A DNA stretch of 63,890 nt, counting the filler, from Octopus bimaculoides (Eukaryota), in assembly GCF_001194135.2 (NCBI RefSeq). It is 5 parts of 5 records of this genome, joined end to end, with 100 filler letters (N's around TTAATTAATTAA, not from the genome) between each part and the next. Parts side by side here need not be neighbours in the genome. Positions count along the whole stretch, not along the records: positions 1 to 21,648 come from NC_069004.1; 4 more parts are not named here. One strand, written 5' to 3'. This document shows, in pieces, positions 1 through 12,939 of this stretch. The position numbers and the translations under genes were made by a program. Each line of letters opens with the position of its first letter. Within the stretch, counting starts at the first letter, position 1. The notes below the pieces were generated by a model. That model was not told the origin of the DNA. It saw only the letters and a program-made list of their open reading frames with translations, and searched no databases.

Positions 1-143
1 GTGAAAGTCAATACATACTACACTCAAAAATATTGAATCCAAATGAACCTAAAATTATGTGGTTGAGAAACAAACTTAATCACACAACTGTGTGTGTGTG
101 CTTATGTATATATATATATGTGTGTGTGTATATTAATATAATC

Positions 144-174
<31 letters not shown>

Positions 175-175
<1 letters not shown>

Positions 176-760
176 GGCACAGGTGTGTCTGTGTGGTAAG
201 AAGGCGACGAGCTGGCAAAATCGTTAACATACCAGAGGTATTTCGTCTGCTGTTCTGAGTTCAAATTCCGCTGAGGTTGACTCTGCCTTTCATCCTTTCG
301 GGGTCGATAAATTAAGTACCAGTTACGCACTGGGATCGATGTAATCGACTTAATACCTTTGTCTGTCCTTGTTTTTCCCCTCTCTGTTTAGCCCCTTGTG
401 GGCAATAAAGGATTAAGAAGCTTGCTCCCAAGCACATGGTTCTGGGTTCAGTCCCACTGCGTGGCACCTTGGGCAAATGTCATCTACCATAGCCTTTTGA
501 GTAGATTTGGTAGACAGAAGTTGAAAGAAGCATGTCGTACATATATATATGTAAATATGTATGTGTGTCTGTTTGCCCCCACTCCACCACCACCATCACT
601 TGACAACCAATGTTGGTGTGTTTATGTACCCCTAGCTTAGCGGCTCGGCAAAAGAGACTGATAGAATAAGTACTAGGCTTACAAAGAATAAGTCCTGGGG
701 GCGATTTGATTCGACTAAAGGCGGTGTTCCAGCATGGCCGAAGTCAGATGATTGATACAA
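175..760 (+). mobile_element. tRNA-derived SINE (family B), interrupted by a family A SINE
   Basis: Head GGTGTGTCTGTGTGGTAAGAAG...GGTTCAGTCCCACTGCGTGGCACC with A/B-box-like motifs; body and tail match copies at 55309-55977 and 60309-60664. Confidence 0.85.
204..420 (+). mobile_element. SINE family A nested in family B SINE, 7-bp target-site duplication
   Basis: GCGACGAGCTGGCA...TTCTGAGTTCAAATTCCG...CATCCTTTCGGGGTCGATAAATTAAGTACCAG; TAAGAAG at 197-203 and 414-420. Confidence 0.85.
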
Positions 761-1016
761 GAAAAAGAAAAAAATGTGTGTATATTAATAAATATATATA
801 CATATGTGTGTGCGTGTTTATATATATATATATATATAAATTTAAAGAATGGAGTAAACGCATGTTATAACTGCATACTTTTATTCCGAAGAATTACAAT
901 TTATGCGATCCATAGGAGTTACACCAGTTATTTTGTGATCTTTGCTACCCTGGTATCTATTAACCCATTTATTTTATCTGAATTATTTTTAACAGGAGAA
1001 AATAAATACATATAAT

Positions 1017-1056
<40 letters not shown>

Positions 1057-1084
1057 TGTATATTAATAAGTATAGTGTTGCGTA

Positions 1085-1430
1085 ACTGGCCTGTTCAACA
1101 GTAACCTTCAATTGTCGGGCAATATGCTGTGCTTGAGAAGACCTGTTGAGTCAAGTGAAATCATTGTCATGGCCAATGCTAGTGTCACCTGACTGGCACT
1201 AGCGCTAGTAGCATGTAAAAAGCACCATTCAAGCGTGGTCAATACCAGAGCTGCTTGACTGGTTCCCATGCCAGCAGCACGAAAAAAAACACCCACTACA
1301 CTCTTGGCATTAGGAAAGGCATCCAGCTGTAGAAACCTTGCCAGAACAAATTAGAGCCTGGCATGCCAGTCCTCAGTCAAACCATCCAATTGATGCCAGC
1401 ATGGAAGGCGGACATTAAAAGATGATGATG
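1085..1430 (+). mobile_element. SINE-like interspersed repeat (family D)
   Basis: Shares GCATTAGGAAAGGCATC...AGAAACC and the (GAT)n tail with 3270-3410. Confidence 0.6.
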
Positions 1431-1730
1431 ATGTGTGTGTATATTAATAATGTGAAATATTTCCTAAATGGAAATTTTTATTTTCTTAATGCATTGCTGC
1501 ACGTTTTGGTACGACATGTATTTTTATGGGACTACTTCACCACATCTATCGGATATTATTAAATCTTATTTATAATATCCATGGAGCCTAAGGGAGTCCA
1601 TTAATTCGACATGTATAGTTCTTCAGGCAATGTTTTTAGCATTGATGTTCGTAGGACTACCTTGTTTAAACAAACAGCATAGGAGCTTTTATGAGTGCAC
1701 TGGTTGCCATATACAAAATACAAGGATATA

Positions 1731-1767
<37 letters not shown>

Positions 1768-1770
<3 letters not shown>

Positions 1771-1895
1771 CCACATGGTTCCAGGTTCAGTCCCACTGTG
1801 TGGTACCTTGGGCAGGTGTCTTCTACTATAGCCTCGGGCTGACCAAGGCGTTGTGAGTGGATTTGGTAGATGGAAACTTAAAGAAGTCTGTTGTA
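1768..1895 (+). mobile_element. SINE family B 5' fragment
   Basis: AACCACATGGTTCCAGGTTCAGTCCCACTG...GGATTTGGTAGATGGAAAC matches the other family B heads. Confidence 0.8.
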
Positions 1896-2230
1896 TATAT
1901 GTATAGATATATGTGTGTATATATATATAATACAAATAATAAATGAGTATATGCATATATACGTACATGTATGTACATACTTACATCTGCCTGTATATAT
2001 AGATGCGTATCTGGGTACAGGACATTGCAAACAAAATGGAGACAAAATGATAAACAAGTACAGAAAACACACAGGAGGCCACATAGAGAACATTTCCTTC
2101 TTCAGCTTCCCCCATTTTAACACAGGTATTTCGAAGAGCTATTTGTTTCAGTCATTTGATTGTGGCCATGCTGGAGTGCAGTATGCAATGTGAGTGTGAT
2201 ATATGATGTGTGTTTATCTTCAACAGAAAG

Positions 2231-2262
<32 letters not shown>

Positions 2263-3106
2263 AAGAGAGAGAAAGAGAGAGAGGGGGGGGGGGGGTGGAG
2301 ATGTGTAAAGAGATGAAACAATTCCATATTCCAATGATCAAACAGAAAATATGACTCCAAGAATGATCAGTTTTTCTTGGAAGACTGGACAACTTGAAGA
2401 ACTATAGACATTGAATGATGGCTGTGTTGACCAATTCCACATTGATTACAAAAATGGAATGGCTGTTTTTTTGAAGTGTGTCTGTGTGTGCGAGCCTTCT
2501 ACACAGTCAGTAAATCTGTTCTAAATAGCAGTGAAATTTCCCTCAAATAGCATTCTACTGCCTAAAACAAAAGGTGGGTGGTTACGTCATCATCAACTTT
2601 TATCTTTATATGAGTCAGACTTTTTGTTGAGGCAAGCATTTGATGGTCATAGGCCCCCTCACCCCTCATTCGTTTTAAATGAAGGATAGGCAAAAAAAAA
2701 AGGACACTGCTTGTATGGTGGTGACACTCATTTACAGCTAACATACAATTTCAAGTTAAGGCAACAGAACACTCATACGTACACATATATGTACACACAT
2801 ACACAATTTGCTTCTTTTAGTTTCCGTCAAACAAATCCACTGACAAAACTTTGGTCATCCTGGGGCTATTAGAAGACACTCGTCCAATTTGCCATGCAGT
2901 GGGACTGAACCCAAAACCATGTGGTTGAGAAGCAAACCTCTCAACAACCACACAGCCAAGATTGCACTTACTTTGGATGGTCACAGTCCTGGTCTCCCAG
3001 ATTCCATGATTGCTGGCCTGCAATAGCAAATATTCTCTGAAATCTCAAGAATTTTCTAATACACAGACTTCTTATAGGTACAAGAAAATTGATATTCTAA
3101 GAACAA

Positions 3107-3260
3107 GGTGCTGCAGAAAAAGCAATGGTGATGGTGCCATGCAGAAAAAGCAATGGTGCTGGTGCCACATACAAAGCAATGGTGATGGTGCCACATAAAA
3201 AGCAATGGTGATGGTGCCATGCAGAAAAAGCAATGGTGCTGGTGTCACAAAGCACTGAGT
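3107..3260 (+). repeat. Five tandem 22-28 bp units inside a family D SINE-like element
   Basis: Unit core AAAGCAATGGTG(A/C)TGGTG(C/T)CA repeated five times with short variable linkers. Confidence 0.9.
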
Positions 3261-3544
3261 ACAGACAAAGTGGTTGGCATTAGGAAAGGCATCGAGACTT
3301 AGAAACCATGTCAAAACAGATTATGGGACCCGGTGTGTGCCCTGGCCTGTTCCTGTTCAGCTGTCCAACCCATGCCAGCACGGAAAACCGACATTGAATG
3401 TTGATGATGACTAATTATGGCTGATATACAACTTTGCTTTTCAGAGTCAGTAACATAAGGACCAGTTTGAGCCCCAGGACAGATGTAATCGACTCTTCTC
3501 ACCCCAAAACTTCAGGCCCTGTGCCTGGGACACAATTATTATAT

Positions 3545-3760
3545 CATTTAGGTGATGGGTTGGCAGGATCGTTAGCATGCCTGACAAAAAAATGTTACTA
3601 AGTATTTTGTCTGTCTTCACGTTCTGGGTTCAAATTCTGCTGGGGTTGTCTTAGCCTTTCATCCTTTTGGAGACAACAAAATAAGTACCAGTTGAGTACA
3701 AGGGTTGATGTAAACAACTAGACCCGACCCAACAAAATTTCAGGCCCTGTGCTTATAGTA
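3545..3760 (+). mobile_element. SINE family A (diverged)
   Basis: TTGGCAGGATCGTTAGC...GGGTTCAAATTC...CATCCTTTTGG...AAGTACCAGTTG followed by an (ATC)n tail. Confidence 0.75.
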
Positions 3761-3821
3761 GAAAGGATTATTATCATCATCATCATCATCATCATTAAGG
3801 CAGCAAGCTGACACAATGTTG

Positions 3822-4195
3822 TTGGCACTGTCGCTTATGACGTCGAGGGTTCCAGTTGAGCCGATCAACGGAACAGCCTGCTTGTGAAATTAACGTGCAA
3901 GTGGCTGAGCACTCCACAGACACGTGTACCCTTAACGTAGTTCTCGGGGATATTCATCGTGACACTGTGTGACAAGGCTGGACCTTTGAATTACGGGTAC
4001 AACAGAAACAGGAAGAGTGAGAGAAAGTTGTGGTGAAAGAGTACAGCAGCGTTCGCCACCATCCCCTGCTGGAGCCTTGCGGAGCTTTAGGTGTTTTCGC
4101 TCAATAAACACTCACAACGCCCGGTCTGGGAATTGAAACCGCGATCCTATGACTGCGAGTCCACTACCCTAACCACTGGGCCATTGCGCCTCCAC
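3822..4195 (-). mobile_element. tRNA-derived SINE (family C), near full length
   Basis: Minus-strand tRNA-like head (GGCGCAATGGCCCAGTGGTTAGGGTAG...GGTTTCAATTCCC); body shared with 57667-57995 and 7170-7320. Confidence 0.8.
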
Positions 4196-4554
4196 ATGAC
4201 ACAATGTCTAGTGCAGTGTTTCTCAGCTTTTTTTTATCCTTGTGTAACTCTTAAAATAAATTACATCTCAAAGAACCCTTGCACAAAAAAAAAATTATAT
4301 ACCATATCTTTCTTATATTTTGTTCAACGTTGTTCACATGGTAAATATATATAGGTTGCTATATACTTTTGATAACATAATAGGTTTAGATAGGACGAGG
4401 TCTGTATTACAATAACCAGTAATATGTTGTGCATGTATAGTGATATTAGGATCATGTAATTAGCATTAGTTTAATTCACACTTTCTTGCGGAACCCCAAA
4501 AAACGTTTTGCAGACCCCTAGGGCACCAGGGAACCCAGGTTGAGAAACGTAAGT

Positions 4555-5170
4555 CTACAGTGTTGAATGAAATGCTTAGCAACATTTCTTCTGGCCTTAC
4601 ATTCCAAGTTCAAATCCTGCCTAGGTCAACTTTTGCTTTTTGAGGTTGATAAAATATCAGCTGATTGGTGTAACTGACTCAGTCCTTCCCCTAAAATTTA
4701 GGCTTTGTACCTGTAGTAGAAAGGATTATTATTATTATTACCATCATCATCATTAAGGTGGTGACCTAGCAGAATTGTTAGCATACTGGACAAAATGCTT
4801 AGCGGTATTCTGTCCGTCACTACATTCCGAGTTCAAAACCCACCGAGGTCGACTATGCCTTTCATCTTCTCGGGGTCAATAAAATACCAGTTGAACACTG
4901 AGATCAATGTAATCAACTCATCCCCACCTCCCCTTCCAGCAAAAATATGAAATACTAATTATCATTATTATTATTAAGGCACCAAGTTGGCAGAATTGTC
5001 ACCATGCCAAAGCACACATTCCGAGTTCAAATTCTGCTCAAAGAGGTCGGTTTTGCGTTTCATCCGTTCAGGGTTGATAAAATAAGTACCAGTTGAATAC
5101 TGGGGTCAATGTAATTGATTTAACCTCTTCTAATATTATCCCCCACCCTCTGCCAAAATTTGAAATCATT
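4555..5170 (+). mobile_element. Three tandem diverged family A SINE copies
   Basis: GTTCAAA...TTTCATC...AAATA(A/C)C(A)AG core recurs three times, separated by (TTA/ATC)n tails. Confidence 0.7.
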
Positions 5171-5499
5171 ATTTTGCAGAATCAGGTTTTTAATTCTGAA
5201 CTGGAATCAATTCATCTTTTAAATGTAAAATTTTAAAAATTTGATGACATCAAAGGCTTCACAAATTGTCATTTCTGACAATGAAAGTTAGATCAGAAAT
5301 TTCCAATTTGCAGTAAATATCATTGTGCTAAAAGAAAGGTAATTTCTGATGGCACAGTCCTCATTAAAATTGATAATTTAATGAGTTTTCTGTTTTATCA
5401 ACCCTTTGATGTTTTGAATGGATAAATTTTTATTTTATATTTCATTTATTTTACTATTTCCTCTTTTTTGGTGATATTTCATATTATATATATAAAAAT

Positions 5500-5838
5500 T
5501 TTCAAATTTTACAGCTCATTAGAACTAACATTATTTTAACATTTTTTCATAACGATGTTTCTCACAGAAATATACATTACCTACACGTTTTGTATAAAAT
5601 TTGAAAATAATAACCCCCAAAATTTGAAGAAACTTAGTAAAATAATTTGAATACTAATGAGTTAACGAGAATTATTCTGTCAAAAGTAATACATAATCTC
5701 GAGACTTTTATGTGTTAGCTATTTATTTTTAGAATGACATTGTAGGGCTGGTGAGAAAGGCTAGATCCGGACAATTTGAACATAAAACAAGTTGATATTT
5801 TTGGCCGGATTTGGCTGCATTAAATGCAAAAGGGTTAA
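5500..5838. mobile_element. Possible non-autonomous piggyBac-type right end
   Basis: Ends ...TAAATGCAAAAGGG-TTAA (5821-5838), the usual piggyBac terminus plus TTAA site; no matching left end found. Confidence 0.35.
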
Positions 5839-6204
5839 AGATGTTGCTTGGAACATAAAACTAAAGCATTTTATTTGTTTGGAGTTATGATGCCACATTT
5901 TTCTATCTAAATATCATTATTTCAAAATGAGAGAACTTAGGACGAAATACTAATAAGTTATGTAAACTAAAATTGTGAAGCATGTGTAATAACAGGCTAA
6001 TCAGATATGAGATAATTCAAAGTAAATAAGTCTGAAAAGGGCTTTTGTGTGTTCCCAGAGAATATTACCCTCAGCGGTGCTAGTGTTGGTATATTCGTGA
6101 ATAAGTCACTAACCGAAATAAGTTGATCTATTGTTTAGGAAAATACTATTTACTTATTTAAGGGTTTGTACTGGATAAATTGCTAAAACAACTAACACAC
6201 TCTT

Positions 6205-6409
6205 TTACTTGTTTCAGTCATTTGACTGTGGCCATGCTGGAGCACCGCCTTTAGTCGAGCAAATCGACCCCAGGACTTATTAGTTGTAAGCCTAGTACTT
6301 ATTCTACCGGTCTCTTTTGCCGAACCGCTAAATTATGGGGACATAAACACACCAGCATTGGTTGTCAAGCGATGTTGAGAGGACAAACACACACACACAC
6401 ACACACACA
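6205..6409 (-). mobile_element. SINE family B 3' half, running into a gap
   Basis: TTGTTTCAGTCATTTGACTGTGGCCATGCTGGAGCACCGCCTTTAGTCG is the reverse complement of the family B tail. Confidence 0.85.
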
Positions 6410-6819
6410 NNNNNNNNNNNNNNNNNNNNNNNNNNNNNNNNNNNNNNNNNNNNNNNNNNNNNNNNNNNNNNNNNNNNNNNNNNNNNNNNNNNNNNNNNNN
6501 NNNNNNNNNNNNNNNNNNNNNNNNNNNNNNNNNNNNNNNNNNNNNNNNNNNNNNNNNNNNNNNNNNNNNNNNNNNNNNNNNNNNNNNNNNNNNNNNNNNN
6601 NNNNNNNNNNNNNNNNNNNNNNNNNNNNNNNNNNNNNNNNNNNNNNNNNNNNNNNNNNNNNNNNNNNNNNNNNNNNNNNNNNNNNNNNNNNNNNNNNNNN
6701 NNNNNNNNNNNNNNNNNNNNNNNNNNNNNNNNNNNNNNNNNNNNNNNNNNNNNNNNNNNNNNNNNNNNNNNNNNNNNNNNNNNNNNNNNNNNNNNNNNNN
6801 NNNNNNNNNNNNNNNNNNA

Positions 6820-6975
6820 TATATATATAAGGATCCCTTCCAGGGGCCCTATTATCGACTTTTTCAACAATCTAAGTATGCCATGAGGTTTCCAGACATG
6901 TGTTCTACTCATGTGTCAAGTCTCAAAATTGATAAAACGATGTAGGAGGAGGAGCTAGCTAACAACCCTACAAAC
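6820..6975. repeat. Interspersed repeat, inverted copy of ~59195-59355
   Basis: TATATAAGGATCCCTTCCAGGGGCCCTATTATCGA... is the reverse complement of TCGATAATAGGGCCCCTGGAAGGGATCCTTATATA at ~59321-59355. Confidence 0.8.
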
Positions 6976-9900
6976 AGAATTTCCCACATATGTAGTAGAT
7001 TCTTTTTAAAGTCTGGTACTTATATGACGGGTCTGGCTAAGTGGTTAGAATATTCGGTTTACAATCGTACAGTTGGGAGTTAGAATCCTGGCAAGTTGTG
7101 TCTGAGCAAGATGCTTTATTTCATGTTGTTCTAGTCTACTCATCTGGAAAAAATTGAGTTGTACCAGGAATTCAAAAAGGGCCAGCCATGTCATATTCTG
7201 TGTCACACTGTATGCTCCTGAGAACTATGTCAAGTGGAGTACTCAGCCACTTGTATGTTAATTTCACAAGTAGGCTATTCCGTTGATCAGATCAACGGGA
7301 ACACTCATCATGACCAACGGAGTACAAGTCCAATAATTATTCTATCAGTGTCTTTTGGCCAAACTGCTAAGTTATGGGATATAAACAAACCAATACTGGT
7401 GGTCAAGCAATCAACGTGGGGGTGGGGGCAGGAACAAACACGAGCAATGGGCCTCAGCACAGTTTCCATCTACCAAATTTATTGACAAGGCTTTGGTCAG
7501 CCCAAGGCTATGGTAGATGAGCTTGCCCAATGTGTCATGCAGTGGTACTGAACCCGAGACCACAAGCTTCTTAACCATACAAACCAGTCCTGTGTCTCAG
7601 GTGAGGAATTTTCAAATATGATTGTATCCGACAGGGCAGAAATGTTATTTTGAGTACCCCACAACAGATAAGGAAACAGGAAAACCAGCCAAATCACTCT
7701 CAGACTGCACTTTATATTATTACTTTTAAAAATGAAGCTTTTCACCACAAAATCTGCCTGGAAACAGATGGTGGGGTTAACAAGGGTATATTATTGGGGT
7801 AGAGTTTTGTTGGTTCAAACATATGCTTGTTTGTCCTAAGTGAATATGGAAATGGAAATGTTAGAACAATTGATAAGGGCGTTTGCAAAATAAATCCAAA
7901 ATTAGAAAGAAAAACAAAAACACTATTTTGTGGATTAAAATTTATTTGAAAATAAAATGCAAAATCCATGTGGAAAAAAAAATTAATAAAAATATCCATA
8001 TCACAGCAAAAAATACATTTATTTATAACAATTAACATCAACTGCAAAGCCAGGTTTACAATTTCACATAAGTAATAATATTTGAAAGAAAACACCTAGA
8101 CTGACAGATTATTTCTGCAGTTATCACATGTGCTTCAGCATGGCCACAGTCAAAAGACAAACAAGTAAAAATAGTAAAATAATCTCTTTCTAGGTGTGCT
8201 TAAAATTAAAATCAAGGGGGATAACTAATTTTAAAGGTGCAAAAGTTTTGTAAAATTATGCAGATGGGAACAGCTCTGGACTTTGAAGCCATTTTGGATT
8301 ACAATAAAGTGAATTTACGTGAGTTGGCAAGACAAAGATTGTGTGTGTGCGTGTATGCATTTTATTTATATATATTTATATAAGGGCATTACTACACAAT
8401 AATGCCTCACGCTAAGAGGGACTCCAAAAGTCAAAACTACCATAAGCACATTTGTACCGATCGCGAGGGAATGCAACCAATGGTTTCATAATCAATGCAG
8501 TAATCTGCATCTTTTATTCATCAGTACACGTATGGTCAAAACATTTTTACAGATATATATATATATATATATATATATCTGTAAAATTATGTGACACTTA
8601 TTCGGAAGCCATGATAAAACTCCGAGTTTCGGATGCCGGGGTGGGAGCCCACGCCAACATCTCTTCCGTTATCCGGCCATTGAAAATTCCTGTGAAAAAT
8701 GACTGTTAAAGGGAAATTACTGTGTGGTGACAAAAGAGCTAATAGACCACTAAGTAAGGTAAGGGTAAGGGAGTAGAGAAGCCTATAGGTTCGCGTAAGC
8801 GCACCAATCCGTCCATCCGCCTATATCTATATACTAAAACTACCCTCGCTTTAAACACATGCTCACCCACATACTCGCCAGTTTTTTGGAAACATTTAAT
8901 GAATATTGTCTGATTAAAAAATATACTAAAATAACGATTCCCACATCCAGCAAATTATATAGAAAGACCTTTAAAAAATTATTTATAAATTACAAACACT
9001 AGGAAAGTATATGAAAGCATATACAAATGTATAAAAATATCACATATAAGTATAAAAAATTCCTAAAACATTGTGTTCAAAATAAAATGGATTATGTTAT
9101 AAATTAAATTGGTATATTGAAAAGAATTCTTAGATAAGTTATTACGATACCATAGAAAAAATAAAAATACCTTTGGAAATGGGTTAATAAAATATTTCTA
9201 AAATATATCAGACACCGATCTAGGTAGAATAATAAAAGTTCTGGGGAGTATACCTTATACTTAGGGGAGATGCAAGATTTAGTAACCCACTGTAAATTTA
9301 TGTCATACTAACTGTAATGAAAGAGAACCTCAATACCGAAGGGGGCACGTTATGTATTATTGAAAGATTAGGGATCAAGGCAGTGATTCCATCCCAGTTT
9401 TTTGAAATTACTTTTTAAAGTCCAGCGGGGTGCTTCTGTCGAATTGGTATGAGCCCAAATTGAAGAACGGGATCACATGGTGCGATGCTAGCAGCAAGGG
9501 CCTGGGAACAGGAAGTGCAGCGGGTGCACCTGCACCCCCTAGAATTTTCAGGGGGGTGCAAGATCAAAATTCGCACCCCCTACATAATCTTAACAGTTTC
9601 AGAAAAAAGTGTCTAAAATTTATCTAAAATGTATAAAATTCTTAAGTTTGATCTTGTTTCAAATCAAAAAAAAAAGTGATGAAGCTGGCATAAAATTCCC
9701 TAGGGAGTTTATGACCACTAACTTCTGAAGGAGAGTACTGTCAAAATACAAAAAAAAAAAAAAAAAANNNNNNNNNNNNNNNNNNNNNNNNNNNNNNNNN
9801 NNNNNNNNNNNNNNNNNNNNNNNNNNNNNNNNNNNNNNNNNNNNNNNNNNNNNNNNNNNNNNNNNNNNNNNNNNNNNNNNNNNNNNNNNNNNNNNNNNNN

Positions 9901-10490
9901 NNNNNNNNNNNNNNNNNNNNNNNNNNNNNNNNNNNNNNNNNNNNNNNNNNNNNNNNNNNNNNNNNNNNNNNNNNNNNNNNNNNNNNNNNNNNNNNNNNNN
10001 NNNNNNNNNNNNNNNNNNNNNNNNNNNNNNNNNNNNNNNNNNNNNNNNNNNNNNNNNNNNNNNNNNNNNNNNNNNNNNNNNNNNNNNNNNNNNNNNNNNN
10101 NNNNNNNNNNNNNNNNNNNNNNNNNNNNNNNNNNNNNNNNNNNNNNNNNNNNNNNNNNNNNNNNNNNNNNNNNNNNNNNNNNNNNNNNNNNNNNNNNNNN
10201 NNNNNNNNNNNNNNNNNNNNNNNNNNNNNNNNNNNNNNNNNNNNNNNNNNNNNNNNNNNNNNNNNNNNNNNNNNNNNNNNNNNNNNNNNNNNNNNNNNNN
10301 NNNNNNNNNNNNNNNNNNNNNNNNNNNNNNNNNNNNNNNNNNNNNNNNNNNNNNNNNNNNNNNNNNNNNNNNNNNNNNNNNNNNNNNNNNNNNNNNNNNN
10401 NNNNNNNNNNNNNNNNNNNNNNNNNNNNNNNNNNNNNNNNNNNNNNNNNNNNNNNNNNNNNNNNNNNNNNNNNNNNNNNNNNNNNNNNNA

Positions 10491-11830
10491 CCTTTTAGTG
10501 TTCACACCGGCCGTAACCGGCCAAAATTAATTCCCCTTTATTTGTTCAAACCGGCCGTATCCGATAGCTCTACGAAATCGCTAAAAAAATAAACAAATCA
10601 CGTTATTGAATACTCGTAGCTTTGAGATAATGCAAGATGAAGCCTTTCCCGCCTGTATTCAAGTATAAATACTGTGAAATTGTTTAGACCACATGGTTTT
10701 TTTCAACGTTTGAAGAGGAGAGTTTACCTTGGTTGTGAAAGAAATGGTGTCAGCAAGTAGTGATTCCGATTTTGAAGGATTTACGATTGATGATATTGAA
10801 AATATCAACGAAAACAAAAGTATTTTGTCTTTGGATGAATCTGATATCGATATTAGTGATTTTTCGTTGGACGAGGAAGATTTTAATAACGAAAGTGATG
10901 AAAAATGATAGCGTAAACATAGCAACATGGTCAAAAATCACAACACCAAACACTATTTCTGATTTTACAGAAAACACTGGTCCACAACATAATTTACCTC
11001 CCGCTCAACCATTAGACTATCTGTTTTTATGAAAATGTTGCGAAGGAAACTAACAAATATGCACAACATTTAATTACTGTTCGTGAAAGAAACGATCCAC
11101 TATGGCAGCCAACTAATAAGGCGGAAATGAGAGTGCTTTTCACAATCAATATTATGTTTGGTGTGAAACAGCTTCCTCGACTGTGGAACTATTGGAGTCC
11201 CAATGTAAGGTATGACGATCCATATATTTTGAGTATAATGTCGAAAACGAGGTATTTGAAAATATCTCAGTATTTATATTTGGCTGATTCTGCTAATGCC
11301 CCCAACAAAAACGACCCAAACTACGATCCCCTGCTCAAAGTACGTCCTGTAATTAATTTACTTGTAAATAATTATAAAACTGTTTATCTACCTGGGAAAA
11401 ATCTCAGTGTAGATGAAGCCATGATAGGCATTAAAGGCAGAGTACATTTTCGGCAGTACATGCCTGCCAAACCTACTAAATGGGGGATCAAGGGATAGGA
11501 AGTTTGTGAATCGGATGTTTACACAGGGAAAAGCCCGCATGGATTGAGACATGATGTAGTGTGGTCCCTTACTGAACCATTTTACCATCATCACCGACAA
11601 CTCTATTTCGACGGGGTTTTTTTTTCGTCAGTGGCTTTGGCAGAAAATCTTGCCCGTGTAAGTACTCACATGTGCAGTACTGTATGGGAAACCGTAAAGG
11701 TTTACCCCGTAAAATGGAAATAAAATTAAAAAATAGAGGGGACATTTTACAGATGCAAAAAGAAGGTCTACTAATTATTGCTTATAAAGACAAAAGACAG
11801 ATTTTATTTCTGTCTTCTAACGAACAACGG
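10491..11830 (+). mobile_element. piggyBac (PGBD-like) transposon remnant, frameshifted transposase
   Basis: Terminus-like CCTTTTAGTGTTCACACCGGCC next to the gap; acidic N-terminus from ATG 10744; LSVDEAMIGIKGRVHFRQYMPAKPTKWGIK; LYFDxxF; NRKGLP; YKDKRQILFLSS. Confidence 0.9.
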
Positions 11831-11919
11831 AAGAGGATGTGGTGGAGTACCTAACAGAAGGGTATCATACCGTCCACAAAAAAGTGTGCAAATGGGCACT
11901 TAATGAAGAAAAAAATCCT

Positions 11920-12660
11920 CGAGTAATCGTATTATGTGGCGGTGTACTGCCAGAGGTTGCCGCATGAAAGTGTCTATCAGAAAGGAGACATGGCTGGAAG
12001 GTAGGACATTTCCTCTGCGGACTGTAATCATAAGGAACTGACCACAGTCCATTATTGTGTAGACGAACTGGGGATGAGCCCCAATACAGCTGTTGATTAT
12101 AACAGTTTTGTGCGAGAAGTATGCGCACATGACTTGCTCATGAACCCAGTTCAAACAGGTGGTCCTGGGAAGATTGTCGAGCTAGACGAGACAGTCTTCT
12201 CTAGGAGAAAAGTATAATTGAGGAAGGTTGCTACCTTAGCAATGGGTATTCGGAGGAGAGTGTTGCGAGACCAGACAAGTGTTTCTATATGCAGTTCCTT
12301 GTTGGAATCACGAAACACTTGAAGAATGTATCTGCCACTCCGTCCACCCAGGTACCACAATATTTAGTGACCTGTGGATGGCGTATTCTCATATTCCGGA
12401 GATCGAGGGGTACAGCTTTCAACATAGAACGGTGAACCACAAGTGTCGAGTTTTTTAACTCGGTAGATAACACGCACACGCAACAAATTGAAAGCACTTG
12501 GGCATCTTTAAAACCGGTTAACAAGCGACGGTGTGGTATACAACGTTCCATGATAGACTCATAGCTCTGTGAATTTATGTGACGGCGGAGATATGAGAAA
12601 ACTGACCGCTTGGAGAAATTGTTTGAAACCGTTCGTAATTTTGACCCCTCGTAAGTTCAA
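11920..12660 (+). pseudogene. Merlin (IS1595/IS1016-like) DDE transposase remnant 1
   Basis: Manual + strand translation: GGPGKIVELDETVF, WVFGG, PGTTIFSDLWMAY, TVNH, HTQQIESTW, EF(M); several stops and frameshifts. The ORF track shows only antisense ORFs here. Confidence 0.85.
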
Positions 12661-12829
12661 ATGCCTAACTCTAGGCATAAGCCTGAAATTTTGGAGGAGG
12701 GGATAGTCAATTGCATCGATGAAAGACTTGTATCCCTGCGAATATATGTGGCGGTGGAGATACGAGAAAACTGGCCGCTTGGGGAAATTGTTTGAAAGCA
12801 TTTGGAATTGTGACCCCTCATAAGTTCAA

Positions 12830-12935
12830 AACAACATGGCGCAGATTGTTCAAAGCCGACATAGCAGTAATAAACAGAAAATGGAAAAACATCGAGAGAG
12901 AGGCTGCCAATAGAGATCAGTGGAGATTGTTGTCT
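12830..12935 (+). mobile_element. RTE-type LINE 3' end fragment
   Basis: TTWRRLFKADIAVINRKWKNIEREAANRDQWR resembles the RTE ORF C-terminus. Confidence 0.55.
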
Positions 12936-12939
12936 GCCA

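Noticed and set aside
3107-3260. CRISPR-like repeat array
   Set aside because: Linkers are only about 1-7 bp and recur, there are no cas genes, and the array lies inside a eukaryotic SINE-like repeat.
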